Shown here: positions 13,325 to 25,950 of the stretch, one piece after another
How positions within the stretch are numbered: the first letter of the stretch is position 1
Layout: every line of letters begins with the position of its first letter
DNA from: Thalia democratica
Lineage: Eukaryota
DNA length: 64,000 nucleotides
Reading direction: 5' to 3'
NCBI GenBank assembly: GCA_965202585.1
Contig: OZ241830.1
Location: forward strand, 68,138,001-68,202,000
Notes under the pieces: generated by a model
Told to the model about the DNA's origin: nothing
Seen by the model: the letters and a program-made list of their open reading frames with translations, nothing else
Databases searched by the model: none
Made by a program: the position numbers and the translations under genes

Positions 13325-15273
13325 TACTCTTTAAGCTATTGTACTAGTTAATTATTAAGATTAAAAGTAGTTTTTACCGTTAGTATATTGTAACGAAATT
13401 AACATTTAATTTTGTTATTTTAAAGCTCGTGAATGGTAAGGAAAATTTTGTAACAATAAAAGCATTTGATAAATTTTCTCAAAACAATTTTCCAAAACGA
13501 TATACAACATTGTTTATTGAAAGGAGTTAATTTCTTTTCAACAAATACGTGAGAAAAAGGAAGGTTTTTTGCGTTTGATATAAAGTAAAACAACATTTTG
13601 AAAGTTATGAGCATTCAGCAGGGCATTCGGCAGTTATTAGTGTGCTTAAGTATGATGCATTACAAACACGTTAAATTTAAGATACTCTCTTGATTAAGTT
13701 CTAGGACACTTGTTAGTATTTTAGTATCATTTGTATTTAACTGTAGTTTTAGTATAGTGTGATGTAGTTATGATGTATCATTGTGTTTCTTTAGTTCGTG
13801 TAAATAAAAAAATAAGTTTTGTTTCGATTGTTGTATTAATCTGCTATACTATTCCCTATTATTTTTTAAGAATTTATTTTATTGAGATAATATTTTAACC
13901 GCATTGTAAGAGGTCTAATCTCATAGTAATTAACAAAGAATACGCACTTAATTGAAAAATGGTCAAAATTAAATTTAAACTCTAATAAAATGATATTATA
14001 CAAACAAATTAAAAACAAACTTTCATTTTGTTTAGGGTAAATGGAAAAGAGTCAACTTTGCATATACCATCTATATCAAAACTTTTCAATCAAGGTAATT
14101 TTTTTGAAAAATTTAAATTTTCATGTTTAAAGTACAGTTTACTATAACGAAACCGTTGTATCTACTACAAACGAGTAAAAATGTCACAATTTGCCAACAC
14201 ATGGTCGTATAACCACATGAAGAAACTTCGCTTCAGTACATCGACAAAAAGGGTGAACATGTAAAACACATTATATATGTGGTTAACAGCTTTTTGTGTT
14301 AAACGGTATGAAATTAGTGGAATAAGTCTTAAACGGGCCAAACTGAAGATAACGTTCTTCGCGGGTCATTTATGAAAAATATAGTTACATTTATTTACAA
14401 TATTATATTATTACAAAATAAGAAAAAACAAATACTTTTATTACTTAAATAAATCAGTATAAAATAAGCAGCACTGTATACTCACATGAAAAAACATAGC
14501 ATACTATATATTTTTTATTGAATAGTTTCAATTCTAAATTCTAGATTTCTTTATAGTCAAAAAAAAAAGCAACAAGCTAAATTTTTTTATGATAAGCCGC
14601 AGCTTGATGACCCTTGTTGTATAAAAGTAGTTATTTTAGTTGCTAATTGAAATTAAATGTTTTTTAGATATAGTTTATAACTTTTAGTTTTAATAAGTTA
14701 TAATAATTATATTTTAAACTAGTAACACGCAAACAACCGCAATCAATGTAAAAAATTTAATATAAACGCAAAAGATTCTCAAAAACATGCTGTTTAAGGA
14801 AAAATTATTTTCTTATAAAACTTAACTAAAATTGTGATACTAATATTTGAAGAGGTTTAATTCTGCAGAATTTGGTACTTTAACTCTTTAAAAAGTATAT
14901 TTTACTTAAAAATCAAACCTTTTATAAAAATTGACTTAAATATAATATATAAATCATCTATACATATATGTATACAAAACTTTTAGAAAATAGTTACCAA
15001 ATTATACACAAATTAGAAAAATTGTAACAAAAAAACAAATTAAGTTTTTTTTTACTATCTTGTAAAAATATTATAAAAACTTAAGGTATGTCTGTATAAA
15101 AAATTAAGCTAACATGTAAGATACAGTTATAAGGACTTTTCATTGAAAACTAGCAAAACAAAGTTGATATTTTTAACACAATTACGACAAACTTGACGTT
15201 TTTTTTCTTTGAATAAAATATTTTTTGTTTTTATTTCTATTTTTATTTATTTAATTTTGTTATTGTATTTTTT

Positions 15274-15438
15274 ACTCTCGTTCAAAGTTAACCCTTGGTG
15301 CAAAATCGTCTTTGTACAATTTTGTTTCCTCGTGCAATTTTGTGCCGTCGTGCAAATTTGGCTTCTTGCAATTTTGTGCAATAGTGTAATTTAGTCCCCT
15401 CATGCAATTTTGTCTTCGAGCAATTTAGACCTGTTTCC
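15274..15438 (-). mobile_element. Fragment of the same TGCACGAA MITE family
   Basis: Tandem ~20-bp GTGCAA(A/T)TTT units ending in GCAATTTAGACC, matching the reverse complement of the 12851 terminus. Confidence 0.55.
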
Positions 15439-16341
15439 ATAAAAGTTAGTTCAGGTTTTTTGTTTAGTGTTTTCAGTTTTTAACTATTTATTTGAAAACA
15501 ATAATTTAAGTATGACTAAAAATTCTATATAGTCTAGGAAAAAGAACATTTTGCTTCGCAGTGTGATAAATCTTAATTTTTTTTTTAACTTTGAAGACTT
15601 TTTAATGCCTTGTAAACTTGCTTATTTCATTATAAAGATAATAAGTTTTTTGTGTCTATTTAAATTTTACTACTTTACTAATAAAAGTTGTTTAGAATTT
15701 CAAGTTTTTTAAGGTTATTTTAGCCTAAATTGTCAAGTTAAATATTTTTCCAGTGTTCCAGATTTTTTGGCAAACCTAATTTCTACAACTAACCAATATA
15801 ACTTTTAAGTGAATTTCAAAACACCACATTATAGTTTCAATAAAATCTTATACTAAAACAAAAGATATTTGTTACTATATGAAATGGTGAATTAAGTCCA
15901 TAGGAATGTAAATAACCTACTTGATCTTATTCTTTTACTTTTGAATAAGCTACATGTTGCGTTGTGCATATTTTGATATTCGCACCATTTTTTTAGGAAC
16001 TGCCAGTTTAACTCATAGAGTACAAAATGTTTATAATAGTGGGAGAAAGCTAAAAAGTGAATAAATCGAAATCACAAAAAATTTGTCTTCTTCTACATTT
16101 TTTTCTGATATGTCAAATTTTTAAGAATTTTTTTTTGTACATTTTGAAGAATTTAAGAAAAAAAAAATTATGACACAAAAAAAAACAAAATATCTCTTTT
16201 TTTTTTTTTTTGAAAATAATATTTGTTATTTAAGTTTTTTACTATTTTTAATTTGTTATTCAGCTAGGAATGTTGCTGTTAATTTTAAAATTCAAATTTA
16301 TTATGTTATTTTAAGTATTTAAGATTATTTAAACAAAAACC

Positions 16342-19215
16342 ATGAATAGTAAAAAACCAGTTGAAATTTTAATCAAAATGATGAAAGTCAAAACAAGTTT
16401 ATTTATATCAATAAGCAGAAATGTCAATTTGCTGCGGATGAGTGCAAGATATAAAACAACTTATTGGAATTTGAAACAACATCAGAAACAGATATAAAAT
16501 TCTTTCTTGATTTGATGCAAATGAATGCAGATCAAACAGAAGCATTTGACAACGATACGAAAGATGAAAAAAAAACAATCTGCTTTGATTAAATTAGAAA
16601 ATAAAATATTGCATGGTTCAGAGGATAAGCATGTACAAACTGTTTTTAATAAAACAAATGATGGACAAATGTTAGATAGTGAAAACGTATCTTCATTAAT
16701 TTCAACTGGTGTTAATCCATCATATAAAATTGAAATACAACGTAAATTTTCTAATACTGAAGATAAAGCAGTACAAAATGATGGTCAACTTGAAACTTTG
16801 GAATCTGAAGTCTTATCATGTCTTGATCCATCGTTTTATAAACAATGTGAAACCGACACAGATCAATTTCATCTGTCCGTAAAAACAGAAGACGCTGTTT
16901 ATAATGGAGAAAATAAACCAAAAAAATCTGCTTTGTTTGCATTAGAGGATAAAATAGTACATGATTCAGAGGTTAGGCATGTACAAGCTGCTCTTAATAA
17001 AACAGATGATGGACAAATGTTTAATGGCCAAAACATATCTTCATTATTTTTGGCTAGTGTAAATCAATTATATAAAGCTAAAATACAAAATATTTTTTCT
17101 AATACTGAAGAAAAAGTGATACAAAATTATGGTCAAATACAATTTAATTCTTGTAAAGCTGAGCATGAAGTGCTACAACATGATGTATCAACTAATAATA
17201 AACAATTGTATGTTACATACGAATTAGACAAAGAAAATGAAAATGATATGGAGGTAGTAGATAAACCAGGGTTTAAGTTCAAGTCATTAGATTCAAAATC
17301 AAAAATAAAAAAAGGAATTATATCACTCCCTGGTCAACAACCAATAAAAAAGATAACTAAATAGGAAGTCAATAAAATGAAGAGAAAATAAAATCATCTA
17401 AAAAGAAAAACCTAATTAAAAGAAAAACGAAAGATTTGGACTTAAATCTGTACATTTTGTGATGAGTTTTTAAATTGTGAAGATAATAGTGAAATTGATC
17501 CGGTAATTTGATCAACTGATAAATTAAGTAAAAGAATATTTTTCATGAAATCATTGGATTGTTTCTTGCTGTGTAAAAACATAATGATTAAAAAAAATTA
17601 TACTCTACTTTAGACTTCTACCAACTTGAAACAGTTTTATAGAGAGTTTCTACAACACCACGGATGCCTACATAAAGAATTTCACTGCAATAAGTGTAAA
17701 AAAAGTGCAAGTAAGTTTTAATAACAGGGTTTTTCACTCATGATGTCATGTTGTATATATTTTGGATTGGTTTTTAATTTTATATAAATTCTTACTCAGC
17801 TAAGATTTTTTATAGCTGTCTCAATTAAAAATTGTAGTAAAGTTTGAGTAGTTTGTTTTTAAATACGTTTATTAAACTTGAATTATTTTCATGAAAATAT
17901 GTTGTTTGAAAACGGTATTATAAAATTAAGATAAAATGTCATTTTTGTAACTAAATTATAAGAAAAAAAACTTGAGTTATATCATTTAAGTTGAAAACTT
18001 TTTTTACAGCTTCAATATTAAAAAGCAACTCTGGAGGTGCAATAAACAGTACAACGGAAAAAGATGTAATTTTGATGTTTCTGAAAAGAAAAATACTATT
18101 TTTGTCGGTAAGTTAAGTTGATATTGAAAAATAAAACTGTCATAAATCCTTTTGAAACGGATTATTATTTTATAGTTATAATAATACTAAAATAGAAATA
18201 AATAACAATAAATAAATATAATAAATATAAAAATATGATAAATATATATCAAAAGAAATGTGATTTTTTTTTAGTTAACCGTACGTAAAACTATTATAAT
18301 AATTTTTGTAGGTTCAACGAAATGGCATACAAACAATATTTTCTTTTTAAATGAACTTACAAATGAAAAGTTTTCCTCAAAAGAAGCGAGTAGCAAATGT
18401 GGCTTTACAAAACAAAGTATTATTGTGGGTTCAAAAAATACCGCAAAGTAAGTACAAGTACCTCATTATTTACAATTTTCATTATCGATCGGTTAGTTAA
18501 ACTACTAAAGCTAAACTAATGAAAAAAAAATTAAAAATTTGACATTTTTGATAAATTTTCTTTTTAAATTGTTTTTGATTGAGTCTTTTTTTATGTTTAA
18601 AAATTATGAAATACATTTTCAAAGCATTTGACATTAATTTTTTTATAAGTTAAGTAGTTATAAGTTGCTTATATTTAGATTTGTGCTAATGCACTTGAAA
18701 ATGGTAAAATTGGAGGGTATGGTAAAACGGTGGAAATAGAAGAAATTGAATTAAAATTAAATAAAAATGCTCATAAAAGCAGTAAATCATTGAAATGTCA
18801 GTTGCTTGGAGGTGTTGAATTAGAAAGTTCTAAAGCCTTCGTAGTGTATTTGGATGATGAAAATAAGAACAGTCCATCAGTTGAGTCTCTGATTGTCAAA
18901 CATGTTATACCTGGGAGCATTATAAACTATAAAGGAGAAAAAGGACTTTTAGATATAACTAAATTGAAAGAATACTCTTTAATTAGTTTTTTTCAATCAG
19001 GTTTGTGTGAGAAGTTATGGGATGAAATAAGATCTAATGTAGCAAGAAAGGGATTGAAACTATCTTTAGTTGAGAACTATATAAATAGATATATGTTTTA
19101 CAGAAAATACCGTGATAATACTTTACATCAACTTCTAATCGAAATCAGTTTGGCTTACCCGTTGAAAAATAACAATAAAACATTATCAACAACACAAGCT
19201 GATCAATGTTTTTAG
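16342..19215 (+). pseudogene. Intron-containing gene derived from a Merlin/ISXO2 (IS1016-like) transposase, DDE motif lost, now disrupted
   Basis: Exons ~16342-17502, 17614-17710, 18010-18107, 18312-18447, 18679-19215, with GT..AG introns. Translation gives FLQHHGCL..CNKC, LWRC..KRC...KKNTIFVGS, KIGGYGKTVEIEEIE, LLGGVE, IVKHVIPGSII, CEKLW and YMFYRKY..LHQLLIEISLAYP, which follow the Merlin transposase layout. Frameshifts at ~16366, ~16570, ~17700 and ~18427, plus in-frame stops (e.g. ~16451 and 17362-17450). Confidence 0.8.
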
Positions 19216-22200
19216 TGCTGGACAAGAACATAAACTGTATCTGTTACGATAACCGAAAGGTTATTCCTTAGACCAAACCTTTTAACTTATGTGTGCTTTT
19301 ATTCTTGTTCGTAAAGTAGGCCATAGTAAAAATAAAAATACTTTATATTTTCTAAACTTATGTTATGTTGTTTAAAAACGCTGTTTTTAATATTGAATAA
19401 TATAGGTATAAGACATTTAATTTTTACGAATATTTTTCTAATTCATCATTATCTTTTTAATAGCAATCATTTGTCACATGCTCTCCTATTTAAATTTTGA
19501 AATATTTAATTTTGAGTTTTAAACAATAAGGTCAACCAATGGATCGCGTGATTAAACAAAAACATTAAAACAGACAATTCATGTGTAATATAGTACATAG
19601 ATATAGAACTTATATTGTGATATTGTTAAAAGTTAATAATAAACCTTATATAGTACTGCATATTAACCGTGAGTTTATTAACGTAAATGTTTTAAAGTTC
19701 TTTAAATATTTTATAATTTTCACATTGATTAATAAAGTAGTTCAAACTTAAATTGTTCTTAAATTATGTTTACCAACATTTGGTTCAAAAATTAACCTAT
19801 ATTATTGAAGTAAAGTTTTTTGTGTTATTGTTTTGTAGGTATTTTTAATTATCGATAATTGTCTTGTTTAATTTGTCTTGTCAGATTTATATAAATATCA
19901 TCAAGTATTTAAAAGATAATTATTAAATAAAAAAGGTAGTTAATGAGTATATCAACACCCTAATCCTACAGTTTCAATTGAATTTATCTTTGTTTTTTTT
20001 AATTTATTTATTGTTAAGACTTCAAAAAGGATAATTAGCTAAATCTCTAAAGTGTTTGTTTTGAATAGGGGTACTTAGAAGTATCTATAGTGAAGTAAGT
20101 TTTAACTTGCCCGAAAAAATTCTAAGCAGGACGAACAATCGAATACAGTTATTATTTTCATGATGTTGTCCAGCTGAATCCTACCATAAGTTGTATGTAT
20201 ATATGTATGCATGTCAAATATAAAAGAGCAATTTAATTTTGAAGTTGATATGCAGCTGACATGTTGTTTATATTAATGGACACAAGAAGTATATTTTGTT
20301 TATTTTGTCACTAAAACACAAAAACATTATAACTAAACATTATAAAAGTAAAATTAGCTCATAAGTTAATAAAAGTAAGCCTAACAAGCATTATGTCCTT
20401 TTTAATTATTTTGTTTTTTGCGTTTTATTCTCTAAAAAAAGAAGCTTTATAAATAACTGATAGAAAACACATGATAATTACCAAGTTCGTTTGTTTCAAG
20501 TATAAATTCTTTGTTTATACTACATTTCGTTTAAATTTAGTGTCTTTATTTATTTTTTAACATTATTCTTATTGTTCAGTTTGCTGAGAAAATTATAAAA
20601 AAAATTGTTGTGAATTTTGAATGATTTTTTGAAATACTAATTTTGTTCAATTGATAAGTTTCTTCATTGATTTTATAAGTACATTTTTTTCGGTCTATTT
20701 TTAGTTTAAGGTTAAAACTGTGTTAAGAAGTATAAAAACAATGAAAATATACTGTGAAATGACTTTAAACGTGTATTTAAATAACTGTGTAGTATAACCA
20801 GATTGCAAAGATACTGTAAAGCTACTAAAAATGTGTTGTTTACTAAAAAAAATTGATGATGACAAAAATTTACATATATGATAGGTATTGTATCAAACAA
20901 TTTTTTTTCTAGTTATAGGTTTTTCCGGGTACTTTTTCGAAATTTTTCATTTTCAAGATTTTTTAGACTGACTAGTCAAACTAAAGGTTTTTCCGGGATT
21001 CCAGGTTTTGTTGCAAACCTGACTTATACTAAAAATAACAAATACAACTAAATATTTTTATAAACATTTGTGAAAAATTAGCTTTTAATAATTATTACCT
21101 TTTATAGTTTGTTCAGCTTATAATTCTAACTTCAAATACGCTCATTTTTCCGCTTACTAAGGCTTTTATTTTTGTTTATTCGATTTCAAACAAGCTTTTT
21201 TTTTCTTGACTTTTATTTTTTTTTAAAAGATTAGTTTTAACTTGTTAGTTTAGGTTTTATACAAAATCTATCCAAAACTACCATAGCTTGCAAACTTTTA
21301 TCTCCTTAGTCAAGGCTGCAAATTATTATTACTGATAAAACTTGGTGGGCAACTTTTTTCAGCGCTTTATACTTCGTGAAAAGTTTAGGCTGACCCTAGG
21401 TGGTTTGATATTTTTATATTTTTAAGTATAATAGCTGCAGTTGTTGATTTTATTTTAGTCTATTTTCTTTCATACTCAGCTCTTTTTAAAATACAAGATG
21501 CAGTAATGCAGGAAGCATTTTTTATAAAATACAGTTATAATTTTCACTGTATTAATATTACAAAATCTAAAATAACTAAAATGAAGAATAAATATTTTTC
21601 AGACATTTTTTTGCAACCATTTATTTTTTACTGTTAAAATAAGTAACTTTTATAATACCTTCTGTAAAGATTATATAATATTTATTAAAGATAATGTTGA
21701 ATTTTATCTGTCAAATAGTATTCAACTACAATTCAGTACAAATTAAACAGCTAACAAATGAAAAAGAGTTAAGAAAAACGCAAAACAAAGTTTGAAATTT
21801 GAATTATAGAATAAATCAGTCCAGATCACGACATCAATGACGTGCGGTGGTAGGAAAACGCAAGACTTTTTACAATAACTACAAAAATAATTATTACAAT
21901 AATTTTAATACTTTTAAATACATTTAAGCTGGAAGATTAAAAAAAATTCAAAAGACTAGAAAAATAATAAAGGTGTTTCTAGTAATATAGAAAGTAGTGA
22001 TTTAAGGAAACCAAAAATTTTGGATTCGGCCGGATCCGAATCCGAGTCTTATTTTAAAACTTGAATTTGACCAAATCCGAATTCAAATTGGAATCCGAAT
22101 ATTTTAATACTTGGAATCCTAAAGATATAAGCTGAATGTAATTTAAATACAAACTCTTTATTTTTTCGAAAAACCTTAATAATAACGAAAAGTTATAAAA

Positions 22201-22996
22201 AATTACAGAAAATCTAAAAATACCTAAACGAAACTTTCTTTTTATGGTCTCGAAATGCGTAGAATGCGTTTAAGTGATGATTGCTACATGTAAAAAATTA
22301 TCAGCCAAAAACTTGAAAGTCGAAATTGTAAGGTCCTACAATTTACTTAGGGGTTATTTTTAGAAAAATTTAAACAGCGTATAAAACTTTTTGTTTTTAA
22401 ATTTATTACTTATTGTTCGGAAACTTTGACTGCTAAAAGTTTGTTCTGTTGACTTATATTACTAACTTCTGTTTAATTTGGTGATTTAGACTGAATTATA
22501 TCTGGTCTCGATAAATTTATAACATGTTAAACTATTTATATCAAATTAGTAAAAACTTCAATTTCTAAAGTTAATCTAAAGCCAGCAAAAAATTTTAAGT
22601 TACCTAGGCCAACATATATAAAGAGAATAACTTATTTACCTAAGCTTAAAATAATTTAATTTTTAACATTTATTTAGATATTTTTTGAATGAAAATTTCT
22701 AACAAATTTATCTTAAGTAGTTTTTCAAAATTTATCATTTCATCAGGAACTCAACATATGCTCAGGGTAGAACATTGATTAGTATCAATACTTTTAGGTT
22801 CAAGTTGTAGAAAGGTTAAGTTTAAGTTTCAAGTTTCTTTTTATCAAAGCCCAACTCACTCTCATACAAGGTTTACCAAAGTTGGCGGTACTGTCTCCTG
22901 GGGACGTTTTTAGTAAGTCGGGTCCATGGAAGCCGAGGGTAATAAGTAGTAAAGGAGCAGAAGGGAGGGCGTTTTAAAATTTTTTGAGAGTCATAA

Positions 22997-23160
22997 AATT
23001 TTGAAACTTACAATAGATATTTTTGGTTGCAGAGAAAGAGCAAAAGAAAACAAGATATTAAGTGTTTTTATTAGTAATTTTGAAACTTACAATAGATATT
23101 TTTGAGTTGCAGATGAAGAGAAAAAACTAAACAAAGTCTTGGGCGTTTTTATTAGTAATT
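22997..23160. repeat. Short degenerate tandem duplication, ~79-bp period
   Basis: AATTTTGAAACTTACAATAGATATTTTT occurs at 22997 and 23076, each followed by similar GTTGCAGA..GTTTTTATTAGTAATT. Confidence 0.75.
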
Positions 23161-23539
23161 TTTAGTCTTTTATACAAAACCCAAACTGAGCTTAGTCATC
23201 CTCAGTTTAACCAAAAGTTTTAACTAGCCAGAGTTATTCTGAGTTAATGGCAACCCTGATTACTACAAACTGCTACTTTGAGTCTGTTATGATATTAATA
23301 TTTAAATATTATCTTAGTACAAGTTGTTTTTTAAAGAAAATACTAAACTTTTTCAGGTTAAGCAAACAGTCGAATTAGAAATATCGCCCCTGTTAGATAA
23401 TTACTCATTTTGTATGAGACATTTGTTCTGCTTCAATAGTAATTTACGTTTTATAACTATACAGGAAACTTTTAAGATGTATATTATCTATACTTGCAAA
23501 TCTGACAAAATCTTTATGTTATAAATTTATAGTTCTATA

Positions 23540-24615
23540 CAGTGGCGTAGCGTGGTATTTTGGTCAGGGGGTGCGCAAACTTTTTTCTCAAAAAATCCTC
23601 TAAATTAAAACTTTTGTAATTAGCTATAAAAAAACTTTTTATAAGTAATATAATTGAAATAAACTTATTAAGTAAAATAAGTTCGTTTACTGTTTTAAAA
23701 AATATTTATATATTACAAAATTAAACAATTAAATAAAAGTATAAATTTCATTAGAATTACTTATACTTGCAAAAATGTAAACTTACTAAATATAAATTGT
23801 TTTTATTATTTATAGTAAACTTTATATCTTTAAAATATAATATATTCAATAAAACGAAAGTATCTGTTTTATTTACGAAAAAAATATCAATCTCTTTAAT
23901 ATACAATACAACAGTGATAACAACACCTCATTGCACATAATTTTAATAAAGTTACAGAGAAGTTAAAATAGACCAACTTTATAACTGTTATTACAGTTTA
24001 TTACAACTTTGTAAAATAGTTAAAAGTATACTTTTTAAATTTAATTAATTTGATTGTATTTGTTTAAAATAAAAATCACAAAAAAAGTTTATTTCTCATA
24101 GGCCGACACGCTTATCTTGTATGTTTACAAAAATAAAGTTCAGAAAACTAGAAGTAGTCTTAACAATGTAGCATAAAAAAAAAAATTGTAAAATTGTTTA
24201 ATTTTTCTTTAAGCGTGACGTAGTTTTGTAAACTTTTTGTAGAAAAATAGTTTGCCATAAGGTTATACTACACTTATGCGCTATACTAATTGCGTACTTT
24301 TTAAGTCTAAATTCTTTTGAAGTTAATAAACTTATAAAATTTTTCCTTATGGAGTTTTTCATCAACATCGGTGCGCATTTGCAATTACGCACCGAATCAG
24401 TATATTGAGTAATAACATGTACTTTCCTAACTTGTCACTAATTGATATTCAAAATTTCGTTTAACTTTTTGAATACTAGATTAACATAGTTGAAAAAAGG
24501 CAAATTAAGCAGAAAAAATAAACTATAAAGGATAAAGATATTACATTCTATTTTTTTACATTTTTTTTTTGGGTGGCACGCATGCGCCAGTGTCCCTCCC
24601 CACGCTACGCCCCTG
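23540..24615. mobile_element. Non-autonomous hAT element with intact ends
   Basis: 16-bp TIRs CAGTGGCGTAGCGTGG / CCACGCTACGCCCCTG (1 mismatch) and a perfect 8-bp TSD GTTCTATA at 23532-23539 and 24616-24623. A faint hAT C-terminal-like remnant (VNKLIKFFL..RICNY..PNLSLIDI) lies at ~24310-24450. Confidence 0.9.
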
Positions 24616-25099
24616 GTTCTATATAAACTTTTTGAAATCCTCTACCAATCTTGTTCTTGAGATTGCTTGTTGTTTGCTATCCTTTATGCTACATTTTATG
24701 TATTGATGATGTATGTTACCTTCTCTAAATAAGTGAGCACCTTATTTACTCTTTGTTGGTCATACTTCGCTTTATTATTTAATTTTTGAATTAATATCTG
24801 TGCATAACAATAGTAGTTGCTGCAAACTAAAAACAAATACGAAATTTATAAAAGCATAGTAAAGTATTTTTTATTCAAGTACGTAGCTGAGAAGATTTTT
24901 TTTAGAAAATATAAAAGCTTTCATACTTTGTAAATAAAACTCAAATCTATTATAAAAATTAACTAAATTTTTAAAACAAGTATAAAACAATGCTTTACTT
25001 AAAAATGTTCCTATGCAAACTTTTTCTAAAGTTATTTTGTTGCACCCTTATTAGAAAATAACTTATACATAATATTTCGTTTTAGCTAGAAAACATTAT

Positions 25100-25950
25100 T
25101 TCATGGTTAGAGTTCAAAAATGTTTATCTAGTAGCAGCTCTAATACGTAATGCTTACAAGCTCGCAAAAAATTTTGCTTACCAAAAAACTTTTGAAATAT
25201 CACACTAGCACTTAAGAGTTGCCCTGTTTCGTAGGTTGTAGTATCAAAAACTAAACATGTAATGCTATTTACGTACAGTTTGTTTTCATAAGAACAAAAA
25301 AACATTACTATTCAATTTAATTTCGCCGTAAATTTTAATTTTTTTTTAAATTTTTAATTTTGGAACTTTTAGATTTAACAAACTAATTTAAACGACAAGC
25401 GTTTTCTAATGTCATTCAATTTTAAATTAGTTTTGTCGTTCGAATGCACCAGGAGATTTTTCGAAGCATTATCTGTTTTGCATAATATTTGAAGACAATG
25501 TTTTAGTTTAACTAGTAAAGTTTGCATTTCCTTCATCAAAACTCATCTTAATCTTTGTTTACTACCACCAGATCACTTTTATTGCTTGTCTTTAATTTTT
25601 TGCTTTTATTCAGCGTGCACCTTACTAACTAATTTAAAATTGCTTTAGAGTTTCTTGATGTTGTCTTTATTCTAAACCCCAATCTTTGAAAACGACTGTT
25701 TGCGTAAATCTTGAGGTACTGACTAAGATGATAACTTTGTATTTTTGCTTAAACATTTTCTCGGTAGTGATATGTGAGCTTTAGAAAAAGGGAGTTTATC
25801 TATGCACTACGTTTAATCTGATAGTGTAAATACCAACTTTTTGTTGACTAACAAAAAACTTTTTATGCATCGCATTGATTAGACTTTTGTTTCAGACAAT
25901 TCGATTTAGAATAAATAATATTCAAAGTCTTGTCGTTTTAAGTTCACCTA
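25100..25950 (-). mobile_element. Degenerate hAT-superfamily (hATm-like) transposase remnant
   Basis: ORF 25114-25305 reads CLVFDTTTYETGQLLSASVIFQKFFGKQNFLRACKHYVLELLL, matching the FDTT.SNTG...GA...L.....ACRHH..E motif (with CxxH) of this family. Upstream LLVHSND (~25436-25456) resembles LVVHWDG. Many stops and frameshifts. Confidence 0.6.

Noticed and set aside
9817-17450. Nuclear code reassignment TAA/TAG=Gln, suggested by LKE*FE and several in-frame TAR codons at 17362-17450 that read well as Q
   Set aside because: Long open exons (PNPLA8, di-UBL, SPCS1, ORF 16525-17364) use only CAA/CAG for Gln, and di-UBL and SPCS1 end properly at TAA. The stops are better explained by mutation.
19249-19264. 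ATAACC-GAAA-GGTTAT hairpin after the Merlin-derived stop, as a possible hammerhead stem II
   Set aside because: No CUGANGA core and no GAAA..UH arrangement around it.
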